Assembly (NCBI GenBank): GCA_043228905.1
Contig: JBHGNT010000001.1
Location: forward strand, 18,786,001-18,850,000
Source: Azolla caroliniana
Lineage: Eukaryota > Plantae > Polypodiophyta
Length of the DNA: 64,000 nucleotides
Direction: 5' to 3'
This document shows positions 36,903 to 48,900 of this stretch, in pieces. Made by a program: the position numbers and the translations under genes. Positions within the stretch are counted from its first letter, which is position 1. Every line of letters begins with the position of its first letter. Under the pieces are notes generated by a model. It ran no database searches and was not told the origin of the DNA. It worked only from the letters and a program-made list of their open reading frames with translations.

Positions 36903-39861
36903 CTGCGTTCAAAATCAGACTTAGGCTAAACAGGAAATTGATGACATTGAAGTCGACCTTAGATGATGGTGATATTCCCCAAGTTCCACTACGTCTGAAA
37001 CAGAAGTTCAAATATTTGAGTTTTTTCATAAATTAGTTTTTCAAATATTTGATTTTCCCACAAAAAAGACTAGCTAAACAAATAGCTAATTAGCTATGGC
37101 CATTTTAGTAGCTAATTAGCTATAATAGTGTTTCCACTCGCATGCTTTTACCCATCTTCAAAGTTCATACTAATCATATTTGTATAATAAATATAAAAAT
37201 ATTCGTTTTTTAAAAATTAATTAATTAATTGATTAGTTAAAATAACTTTTATAAACTCTATCGACACTATAATCTATTAATGAATAATTGTTCTTTTTTT
37301 GGTGAAATAAATTTATTTAAATAAATAAATAAATATTTTATATTTCTTTTGCAATACGAATGGTTTTTTAATATTCTTGGGGCCATTTCGTATTCTCGAA
37401 TATTGAGAATATTGTGCATGGAGAATATCACGAATATCACGCATGTGTCAATCTATGGTTAATCTCTTGCATCGGTTGCAACCTCAAAAGGTTTTGAAGG
37501 ATTTGGTAAAAGATGCGAAGGATCTTTGCATACTAGGTCCTTGAGTTCCTTAAAGGCGAGGTCTAATGTAGCATTCCACACAATACGTTTTGTAGACTTA
37601 CGCGTTTGACCTTTTAGAATATCAGTAAACAACGTCGTCAATTGGGAGTAATTCCGAAGAGATTTTCACAAAACCCCACAAAACCAAGGAATGATCGAAT
37701 TTCTCAAATAATCTGAAGAGTGGGCCAAAGTTTGATTTTCTCAATGCTAGAAGTATCAATTTCAACTCGTTCGGTTATGAGATGTCCAAGATAAGTAATT
37801 GATTTCTTGAAGAACTTACATTTTGAGATCTTCGCGTAAAACAGTTTGTCATGCAATGTTTGTAAAACAAAGCGGACATGTTTAGCATATTCTTCTAATT
37901 TACAACTATGAACTAGAATATCATCCAAGAAAATAACGACAAATTTTCCAAGTTGTTCTCGGAAAATGTCATTCATTTCTTGTTGAAATGTGGCTGGAGC
38001 ATTGGTCAAACCAAAAGGCATAACCAAAAACTCATAATGGCCATCGTGTGTACAAAAGGCCATTTTAGGAACACCTTCCTCACTTATACGAATTTGATGG
38101 TAGCCCGTACGGAGATCAAGTTTCGTAAAATACCGAGTTCCTTGGAGACGGTGTTGCGGTTTTCCGCGAGTATGTGTTGAAACGGGCAGGATGACCAAGG
38201 TCTCGGACCAAGAAGTCAGAGCGAGTAGGACAAGATACCATGACGGAGTGCCTGGTCGGTCACCGGAACCCAGACAACGTACGTATAGGTTCGTAGAAGA
38301 AACCACATCACGTAGTTCACAAGTAGAGTGAGGAAATAGATACGAAGGAACAGAAATAGAGATGAAACCTGAAACGAGAAGAGACCGACCCGAATAATCA
38401 AAAGAATAGATTAAGGTAAGCAGAATACAACCGGGCTCGACCGGTACCACAACCGTACGCTCTACGAAACGCACCTTCCCTCCACCTACACACGCACACA
38501 GACAGATCCAGGAGCCTCTGGTTGGGAGCACACGACTTCCTGCGCGAGCAAAGGCTTCCTTAGCGAATCGTACACAAGACAGAGAGTGAGAGAGCTTGGC
38601 CCACAAACAGACAACACTTCATCCTCCCAAAACCGGATACTTAAAACAGGCTCAAGTTTCCCCCCCTTTTATAGCACGAAGGGGAGACCTTTACATTGTG
38701 ATTGGTGTGAGAGATCCCCCCATTGAATTTCTTCACATCAAATTCCCTGCATTGTCTCTATGCATATGGGATTTTAAAGTACCCTTTAATTCCTACTACC
38801 TAGTAATTACCAGTCCTATGCTATTTATATTATGTTTATACATGTTTCTTGGTTCCCATGTATCGACGCATACACCCGTTCGCGCGCACTTGGCCCTGTT
38901 TCTCTTTATGGCCGGAATCCTTCACGACATCCACCCTCACCAAACCGCACATCCTCCAGCATGTCCCAAGTAATGTAGTAGTGGATTCCGGCCCAGTTCT
39001 TACTCCTCCTCTTCCGGACCATCGCCAACCAAGTCCTCTTCCGGTTTTGTGCTCTAGCTTGCGCTTTCGTCTTCTTCTATCTCTGGATCCGGGTCCGGAT
39101 CGTACCGTTTCTTGAAGGCCTTTATCTGCTTCCCTGCAACTGGTACCACGTCCCTCGTCCCGTCAAGCTCGGCAAGATGGTATGTCGCGTTGTCATTGGC
39201 ACTCGTCACCATGTACGACCCGAACCACCTCCTCGCAAACTTCAAGGTTGACCGGGATGGTTCTCTAGGCTGTTGTCGTAGACCAGCACCCAATCACCTT
39301 CCTCAACCTTCCTCGGCCGGAGTCGGTGCGTCCGATCAAACTCGAACCGGGCCTTGTTCCTTTTCCTTGCTTCCTCTGTTCTCGTCGTCACTCACTCGAC
39401 GTCTTCTGTTACCCGGTCGGCAAAGGAGTAAAGACCAGAATGTGAAAGGAATGGTTATTCGGAATATATTTTAATTAAGTAGAGTAGATTATAATTATGT
39501 AGTGAACGGATGGACCGGAATCGGTATGCCGATCCGGATCCGGACCGGTTCCGAACAGGTGCCGGTTGGCACCGTTTTGTACGCAGCTAGGTGACCTATA
39601 TAAAGGCCCGGTTACAATGTATAACTTTAACGGAGAATTAATATAAGCTTCTTGTTTTATCTTCACGTATTGATTACCGTTCTGTATTAATTGTTATATC
39701 TTACGCGTGTATTAAGTGAATGCCTTATCGCTAAGTAGCCAATTAAGTCGGATTAATCGTTGTGTCTTAAGTTATCTCGCTGTAACACCCCTTTGGTGAA
39801 GTGTCTTCCAGAGACACCTTGTGTTAGGCCATTGTCCGGCCCTAAGGATTAACACAGTTTT

Positions 39862-39872
39862 TGGCGACCACG
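39862..39872 (+). promoter_or_regulatory. Short PBS of element D (probably a different tRNA-Arg isoacceptor)
   Basis: TGGCGACCACG 7 nt after the 5' LTR; same sequence at 21233. Confidence 0.7.
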
Positions 39873-39909
39873 ATTCCTGCACAATCGCAGCGAACAACGG
39901 CGGGAATGG

Positions 39910-42900
39910 ATGACACGACCAACGAACGACCCGGTTGCGGAGCGAGCAAGGCGACTTGCTGAACGGCTGAGGAAGCGAGAGGCTTTCCAACAACTGGCAA
40001 AAGAAATCAAAGTGGATCACTCATTTTCTAAAGTGATCCGGAGAGTGGCCACGGAATCACTTCGGTTACCACAAAACGCCTACTCGGACGAAGGAAGCAG
40101 CCTAAGCAGCCTCCGGGAAGCGGAATCCCTTCTCTAGGCATTGGCAGTCGGGGAAGGCAAATCAGAAACATTTTCGGCATTTGAATCGGGTTCAGACGGG
40201 GAAGACATCACGCAAACGAACTAGCGTAGGAGTAACGACACCCTAAGCGGACTAGAGGATGAGGAATCGGATACCTTGCCAACACCAAAACCAGAATTGA
40301 CAAGGCTGGAACCTCCGGTACTGGCAGTCGACCACACTCTGGAACCAGAAGTCGAGGAGGAGAGACCTCCGACACCAGAAGTCGAGGAGGAGAAGCCTCT
40401 GACACCGAAAGAGAAGCAGGAAAGACCTCCGATGGTGAAAGAAGACCGGGAAAAACCTCTGACACCAAAAGAGGAGGAACGACCACTGACACCACTAGCT
40501 CGAGTACCAACACTAGACGACGATATGCCGTTCCAATATCCCAGATACCGGGATGATCCGGACGTGGAAGCCCACGTTCATGCGTTTCAGCAGACCTAGG
40601 AGGCAAACCATGTGTCCCAACGCTTAAATGCAGGCGAAGAGGAACACTCAAAATGGGTAGAGTTCCGCATGACCTTGGAGGGACCGGCTGCCAGATGGCA
40701 CCGAACAGAAGATACTAGCAACATCCCCACGTTTGAAACATTAAAGACAAAAATTTTGCATTTCTTTCACAAGGAGATGGACCAGTGGGAAATGGTAGGC
40801 TTATTTTACAGTATTTAGCAGGAACCAACAGAGAACATTCAGCAATTTGTCATCCGGTTCCAGCGGATCCACAGTCAGCTCAGCCGAACACCACCGGAGG
40901 AAGAAACAAAGGCCATATTCTTAGTAGCCCTCTGGGAACCCTTACGTACGGTGTGGACTATTATTGATTTCCACACCAACAACATAGATCAAGTGATCGA
41001 CCGAGTTCGGGAAATGGAAACCTCAAGTTCATGGCTAACCATGGGTGCACTTCAACGTGCACTACCAACGGAAGAGGACCTTCGTTTCCGGCAAGCAGTT
41101 CAATGTACGACATGCCTGAATGCCGGACATTCGGCGCTAGAATGCACCATGTGTTCCCAATGCTTGCTCTGCCACTCCAGAAGTCACACAATGGAACGGT
41201 GTGAGTATAACTTGTTAAATTGGCAAGCATCACCGGTCTGGAAAATTGAACCACGGAGCAACCAGAAGGAAGACGAAGAACGCTGGCAGCGAGAGGAGCG
41301 CTACCGACCGGCACAAGATGTCCGGTATAGCGATCGAAGAGATGCTTATGACCGGTATGATGGACAGGATAGATACCGGGACTATAATGGATGGTATGAA
41401 AGATATAACCGGGATCACTCCCCTGGTTACAACCATCGACGGGACGACTATGGCAAGTATGAAGAACAACACCGTCAAGGTTACCGAAACAAAAAGAATT
41501 TCCAGAAACGTCATTTCAACAAAAAAGGGGGTCATCCACGAGTACCGGAAAAGGGCGCTCCGAGCAGCCAACCAGACCAAAACCAAGCACTTACCCCTGG
41601 TCCTGCACCAAGCACACATGCCAAATCCAGCAACACTCGGAAGCTGTACTGCTATTATTGCCGGCAAGAAGGCCACTATAGTAATCAATGTCCGGCGAAG
41701 AGCTACGACAAGCGACCAACAGTGTACATGGTAGACACGGAAGTCGCAGACATACAACAAGTCACTACAAGATCAAAAGGCAAAGCCACGGAGTGGGAAA
41801 CTCAAGAAGCCATCCGGAAGTAGGCAACCGAATGGGTGAAGAAGGCAAATGAGTGGAATATGGTAGAGCTCAAACAACAAAAAGAGAATGCCGAAGAGCT
41901 CACAGGCCCGGGGCAGCCCGAAAACCCAACATGGCAGGCGTTACAAGAATGCCAAATAATGTTGCCGTTAGGCCGGCTATTGCAACTGGTACCACGCTTC
42001 ACGGAAGCACTTAAGACAGGAAGGATGGTAGCTGACACACCACCAGCTCTGGCATTCTTTTCAAATCCGGAGGAAGGACCGACAATGGTGGACACGAGCA
42101 GTCCGGCAATCACAACCATCGTGAAAGGAAATGAGCTACCATGCACGATTATCGATGGAGGATCCGGCGTGAACGTGATCAGCCTTCGAACGTGTAACAC
42201 GTTAGGAATCCAGGACTGGGAACCGTGCCCATTTTGGCTTCGGATGGCGGACAAAAGCTCAGTATGGCCGACTAGATTAATATGTGATCTGGAAGTGACC
42301 ATCGGGGGTCACACATTTCGGATTTCCGCAGTAGTTCTCCAGCTACAGGCTCAAGGAGCTTACCCACTATTGTTGGGATGCCCTTGGTTAAAAACAACAC
42401 ACATAACGCAAAACTAGAGGAAGAATATAATTACGTTCCAGCGTGGAAAAGTGAAAGTACGAGTACTGACTCAACCACGATCCGGTACCGGCAAGGAATC
42501 AACACCGCTATATGCGGAATGTATCAACATGCTGGAAGGATTGGCGGACGAAGAGGTTGATCAATACTTACAGGAAAATCCGAAGATCGTACCTCTGTTC
42601 GAGATTGATGTAGCCGAAGTAGTATCACCGCACATACTGCAACCGGACGGGACCGACGAGGAACCGGATAAAGAAGCAATCCGGAAATTATGGCAAGCAC
42701 GGGAGGCATTGGAAAAAGAAATGGTAGTATCGTAGCGCGTGACAGCATTCCAACTAGAAGAGGTAAACCTAGGTACCACAGAGGACACAAGACCGGTGCA
42801 CATCACCAAGGAAATGACCCCGGAGAACAAAATGACAATGATCACACTCCTAAAAGAATTTCACGATGTGTTCGCCTGGTCCTACAAGGACATGCCGGGA

Positions 42901-45746
42901 CTCGATCCTCAGTTGTATCAACACCAGATACATCTGAGTAAAGACGCCAAACCGGTAGCGCAACGACGTTACTGGATGAACTCGAATTATGCAGCAAAAG
43001 TCAAAGAAGAAATCGACAAGTTGCTAAGAGTTTGCTTCATCCGACCGGTAAAGAAAGCCACATGGCTCAGCCCGATAGTCATAGTACCCAAAAAGAACGG
43101 TAAGATAAGAGTGTGCGTCGATTACCGGAAATTGAATGCAGCTACGGTAACAGACGCCTTCCCACTTCCATTGACGGATGGAGTCCTGGATGTGGTCGCC
43201 GGTCATGAGGTCTACAGTTTTCTAGACGGTTTCAACGGCTATAATCAGATCCGGATGCACCCTGCCGACCAGGAGAAAACAACTTTTGTCACCGAGTGGG
43301 GAGTCTTTGTTGCCGTAGTGATGATGTTCGAACTGAAAATGGCGCTGGCAACCTTCTAGCGGATCATCATGGAGATTTTCGGAGAATTCATTCCGGCATT
43401 CATGCAGGTGTTCTTGGACGACTTCGCAGTTTATAGCCAGGAAGGGGATCACCTTCAGCACCTCTGACTGTGTCTGGAGAAATGTAGGGGTTACCGACTA
43501 AGCTTGAACCCGGCAAAATGTTTGTTCGGAATAAATAGCGGAGCGTTATTGGGCCACATAGTGAGCAAGGACGGTATCGTAGTGGATCCAGACAAAGTAA
43601 AAGCAATCCTAGAGGCACCGGCACTAGCCACGGCAAAGGCACTAAGCCGGTTCTTAGGACAAATTCGATGGCATAGCCGAATGCTCCGGTATCTGGCAGA
43701 CCTGGCTACACCACTGCATGCCGCAATACATCGGACACCGTTCCGATGGACGGACACAGAAGACTAGGCTTACCAGGCACTAAAAGTATTGTTGTCACAA
43801 GCGCCGGTGGTGCAACCCCGGGATTGGTCTAAAGAGTTCCATGTGTTCCTTGACGCGTCCGACATCGCAATCGGAAGCGCGCTGATGCAACTTACAAAGC
43901 CGAAATGGTACCGGCTAGTCTATTATGCCAGCCAGAAGTTGTCCCAAGCGGAACGTAATTATTCCACGACGGAAAGGGAGGCTTTGGGTATGATCTACAG
44001 TGTCACCAAGTTTAGACACTATCTATTGGGAAGGAAATTTTCCTTTCACGTAGATCATTCGGCGCTTCTCTACGTGGTGTCCAAAGCATCACTCACCGGT
44101 AAGCTAGCCCGGTGGACGTTACTATTGCAAGAATTCGAGTTCGAGATATTCCACCGACCCGGCATACAACATGCGGTAGCAGACTATTTAAGCCGGTTAG
44201 ATTCCGGTGAAACCGGTGACAGAGTCCCAGACGACTTTCCGGTGCAGCGCTATTTAGAGTCACAGCAGAAACGACATCCGATAGTACGGTCGCAGAGGAA
44301 GACAAGTGGGTCACCAACATGCACCAATTTCTGAGCACCGGCTTACCTCCGGAGGAGATGAACAGAGCCGAAAGGAAATGCTTAGCGGTTCAAAGCCGAC
44401 ACTTCTGTCTATTACAAGACACACTGTACCACAAAGGCGTAGATGGCATATGGCGTCGTGCAGTGCGCAACGACGAAAAGGGAATAATATTGCGCGAAGC
44501 ACACTACGGCGTGGTTGGAGGACATTATGTCGGAGATGCTATGACAAGGAAAACATTGAAGGATGCAGTTCGGTACGCTAAAGAATGTGACCTATGTCAA
44601 TGAATGGGCCAACCAACCGAACAAGCCAGAATGCCTCACCAGCCCGTGCTACCATTAGAACCATTTCAGAAATGGGGGCTGGATTTTGTCGGTCCTTTCA
44701 AACCACCGGCCATGAGAACCGGCAACCGGTACGTGATTGTCGCTACGGATTACTGCACGAAATGGGTGGAAGCAAAAGCACTACGCGACAACACCGCGGC
44801 ATCCACGGCAAAATTTTTATATGAATGCATCTGGTGCCGGTATGGATGTCCGATAGAGCTCATAAGTGACCAAGGTGGGCACTTCTTAGGGCAAGTAGTG
44901 GAAAGTTTGATGACATTTTACCTGGTGGTGCACAAATAGAGCACTCCCTATTATCCGCAAGCCAACGGATTAGCAGAGTCAACAAATAAAACACTACAGA
45001 ACATCCTGCGAAAAATCGTAAATGAGAACCAGACGGATTGGGATACAAAGTTGCACAGTGCACTCTGGGCCTACCGAACAACATATAAGACGAGTATCCG
45101 CACAACACCATTTTGCCTAGCATTCGGATTGGAAGCAGTGATGATGGTAGAGTTCCAAGTACCGAGTTTACGAATACAAATTCGGGAACGCCTAAATGAG
45201 AAGGAATCGGAAGCTATCCAGTTAAACGCGTTGTATGAATTGGAAGAACACCGGCTAGCCAACATCATGCACCTAGAACTAGAGCAGCGGCGAAGGAAAG
45301 CGTTCGTGGATCGTCACCGAAAAGGGAACGAAAAGATGTTCAGAATCGGTAAGCCAGTGCTCGTGTTCCAGACCCGGATGGGTAAGATGTCGGGAAAGCT
45401 ACGGTTTCGGTGGACCGGACCATACTGGATTACTCGTGAGTTCAACAGTTCCTACCAATTAGGGACACTCGCCGGCGAGGTTCTGGGTAAATGGGTAAAT
45501 GGGTTCCGAGTCAAACCATACAATGGATCCATGCCAAGAAACCCATTTGAACAAGTAAAGGGCGACACAACACTGGACACCGGTAAATCAGAAGAGACGG
45601 CCACACGTTCAGCAATCGGCAAGCGCGAAGCCGGTAAGAGGGAGCACGAGCCGGCAAACGACAACAACAACGCAACGGCAAGAAGTCCAGTGGCCGGCAA
45701 GGACCACAATCCGGATAGGGGTCCAGTGGGACCGGATGAGAATTAA
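39910..45746 (+). pseudogene. gag-pol of element D (many premature stops)
   Basis: Gag with three CCHC knuckles, IIDGGSG protease, RT FLDGFNGYNQI / VFLDDFAVY, RH VFLDASD..RNYSTTERE, integrase WGLDFVGP / ISDQGGHF, WTGPY. Confidence 0.92.
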
Positions 45747-45985
45747 CAAAACCATTGTTATCCTAAAAGAAAATAAAATAAAATAAATAAAAATAAAATA
45801 AAATCAAAGTAAATCATGCAAGGGCGAGGGGTGAATGGACACATGCAAGAACAAGGAGTGAAAAGGCACTTTGTAAAGGTACGTAGTGGGCTATTAAAAG
45901 GGTATTAAACCGCCGCCATATGGCACGACATTCTATTTTAGTACACGACATGCACACACGTGGGTAAGAAAAAACAGGCGCGAAC

Positions 45986-48900
45986 ATGCAACAAGAAGAC
46001 CCCCGCCACATAGAAACCCTCACATTTCGCGAACAAAGGAGCACAAACGTAGACATGCGATTGAAGATCAGCAGACGCAAGCCCACACACACAGAGACTC
46101 CTCACACACAACCCTCACCAGCGCTCCCCGACCTGGATGAAGCCATGGACTGCCAAGCACTCTCTGAAGCAGCCAAGAAGAGGCTAAGGCAACACGGGTT
46201 AGAGGGTTTCCTCACAATCATGGAGGTGCCACCGCACCGGGAGGCGGAGAAGATAGTCAAAGAAATCGACACGGAATTGATCATGGAGGAGGCCATCCAT
46301 GCGTTGATTGGCCTTCCGGAGGGGGGTGTCTTCACCATCGACAACCCTACCCCGGAGCAGCTCTGAAAATATTTTGGGGAATACTCTCTGGCCAACAAGG
46401 CCTACCGGACACAGGGTGGCAAAGACCCACTCTTTCGGGAGATTGCCCGAGTGCTCCATGAATTTGGACATGTATACCCTCGATCCCCATGCATGCCTCA
46501 GAACCGGGCTGGCTTAATCATAGCCACATATGAAGGTGTGAAGGTGGACTAGGCGGTACTGATTGCGGATGGCCTTTGTGCGGCCATCGACTCTGTCAGA
46601 GGCAAGGAGGGTCGGAAGATATGGACGGCAGTGGTGCAATGGCTCACCCTATTGGCGCCACCTATCGAACCCATCAAGACCATGAAGCGGGGAAGAACAA
46701 CCGAAGGCACCCCGAAAACGGCCTCAAAACAGCAGTAGTTGTTGGCTTGTAAGGCAACCAAAGGGAAGGCGGCCGAAACGGACCAGGCGGCAAAGGAGCG
46801 CGCCAATAGGAAGCGGCAAGTGGAAACGTAGGAGGAGCCACCGGTACGACCAATCAAGATCAGGCTTCACCAACCAGTTCAACAAGCGCCAGACCCCTTG
46901 GCAGCGAAAATCTACATCAGGACTCAGGAGGAGGAAGCAGAGGAGGAACCGTTAGAGCACCTCCAGCGGCGCCAGAAGGCAAGCATCTCCGAACAAGCCG
47001 GGGAGCGTTCGGACCCAAAGAAGGATGGAACGCCTGTACCCCGCACTAAGCAGCCCACACCAAGGATGGAACCGGTTCGGACAGAACCAGTCACAGAGCT
47101 CCCTGCACAACAACCTCTACCGGCGGGTCAGGATATGGCAAGACCCGAAATGCAAGCGCCGGAAGTACAGTTGCCTACCCCACCAGCAGGCCAAGAGCAT
47201 TCAGAGGCAGAGCAGCCAACGAAACCGCAACCAGAAAGGCAAAGTGGTCACCAACAAGAGCCAGAGTTGCAACTTGACGCAACTAGACAAAACCGACCAC
47301 TGGCCAGCGACACCAATAGCCAACCCTCCGGGCAGACGCAACAACAGGGCACCGGTAGCCAATGGTTCCGGTGGATTTGAGAACAGATTGCCAGAGTGGT
47401 ACACTACATAGAGGCGGAAGAGAAAGCACAGATGGACCGGTTGCTCGTCACAACCAGAGAACTAGAAACGGCCCGGTCAAGGATCCAGAGCCTAGAACAA
47501 GATTTGGACCAAGGCACAGAAGAATTGGCCAAAATGGCCTTAACCGGACCACAGCTCCAAGCACCGGTGACTCTGGTCGATGTACAGAATAAAGAAACCC
47601 TGACACCTGTACATAGCAATAAGACCTCGGAGACGGAACTAGTCCCGGAGATAGTGGCGGGGCAAGCAAAAGAGCTTGCTGAATTAAGAGATGACCTGGC
47701 CGCACAGGAAGCATTACGCACCCGAGAGCGGGACTTGAAGAAAGCGGCAGAAGAAGAGCAACGAAAGACTGCTGAGAACCTCCATTGGGCAGAAGAGAAT
47801 ATGCGGAAAGGGCATAAGGCCTATGACCGGCTGAAGGAGGAGAAAGAGAAGGCACTGCAAGAAAAGGAGAAGTTGCGACGAATGGCAGACACAGAGATCG
47901 AAAGACTTAAAGAAGAACTCCGTCAACAGAAAGATCGGGAAGACCGCCCTCGTCGGCAACTCAACCAAAAGCTGAAGCAGAAGACCGGTGATTTTGAGCA
48001 CCTGCATCGGGACTACAAGCACCTGGATATAGAGCATAAGAAATGGCAGGAGACGATGGCAGAGCTCCGGCAGGAGGTGCATCGAGTTGAGACGGCGCTG
48101 GCAAAGGAACAGGCGGAAAGAACCACGCTGCTGGAGGAAGCCGCATAAGAACGGATGGAGCTGCAGAAGCAGCATTATGAAGAGAAGGAAAGAGCGACAA
48201 TGGTATTGCAAAGGCTGCAGAACACCTATCAAACCCAATTGTCACATTACCGGGAGCAGGAGGTGGATACGGTGGCACTGATCAAGCAGTTGAAGGACGA
48301 ACGACAAGCCACGGAGGACAAATCGAAGATGGGATTGGAGCGGATCCGGTTCATTGTCTAAGCATGGAGGAACAAGACCAAATGCTTGATTGACAAAAAC
48401 TCCGTGCAATGGTGGGACAAATGGGCAAAGCACACAGCCGAGCTCCAGTTGCTACGGGCAGACGCGGAAAACTGGCAGAAGGATGGCGACGATTGCTACT
48501 GTCAGGAATAGTACTAAAGCAGAGATGGAACTAGTACTAAGAAGAGCAGTACTATTAGTACTAAGAGGACGGGACTGCGTAAGATTCCCAAGAGAGGAAG
48601 TGAGAAGAGGAGAGAGAGATAGCGAGGATGAGAGAGAAAGAAAGATGACGACAACAACTAATATATTATGTGAAAAGATAAGGACAAGCAGCTAAGAGGC
48701 TTAAGACTGGCGTTGAACCAATTTGGTGTGCAACAATTCCTTGTGCCTCCTTTTATAGTGTTTTTTAGGAATAATCCTAAAGCTTCTAGAATGTTCCAGA
48801 GAGATCTGGAATATACATCAATTTTCTATGATAAAGTATAAATGAAAATAATATCCTACAAATTACAATTCATAGTCTAATGGTAAGAGCTCGACCCATG

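Larger units (their letters stand above)
25819..37153 (+). mobile_element. Apparently intact Sola2-like DNA transposon, 11,335 bp
   Basis: 25-bp TIR GGGT(G/A)AAAGCATGCGAGTGGAAACA with 1 mismatch; perfect 4-bp TSD ATCT (25815-25818, 37154-37157); GRG termini and 4-bp TSD fit Sola2; DDD transposase inside. Confidence 0.88.
25458..37457. mobile_element. Small non-autonomous hAT-like TIR element (~0.66 kb without the nested insert)
   Basis: TIR CATAGATTGACA at 25458 and TGTCAATCTATG ending 37457; GAATA(C/T) subterminal motifs; AT-rich; interrupts element C RNase H; no TSD. Confidence 0.65.
23340..38150 (-). mobile_element. Decayed chromovirus-type Ty3/gypsy ('element C'), split by DNA-transposon insertions
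   Basis: RT YFTKLDLRTGYHQ / MPFGLTNAPATF / IFLDDIL (37458-38150), RNase H PIAFESKKL..WRHYL (25200-25457), integrase GHPG / IVSDRDPKF / HPQSDGQTERVNQ, PPT AAAGAGGAGGAG then LTR start TGTTACGGG at 23689; left end approximate. Confidence 0.8.

Noticed and set aside
37704-38606. 300-aa ORF as a real fusion gene
   Set aside because: Chance read-through from the element G LTR across a deletion junction into element C RT
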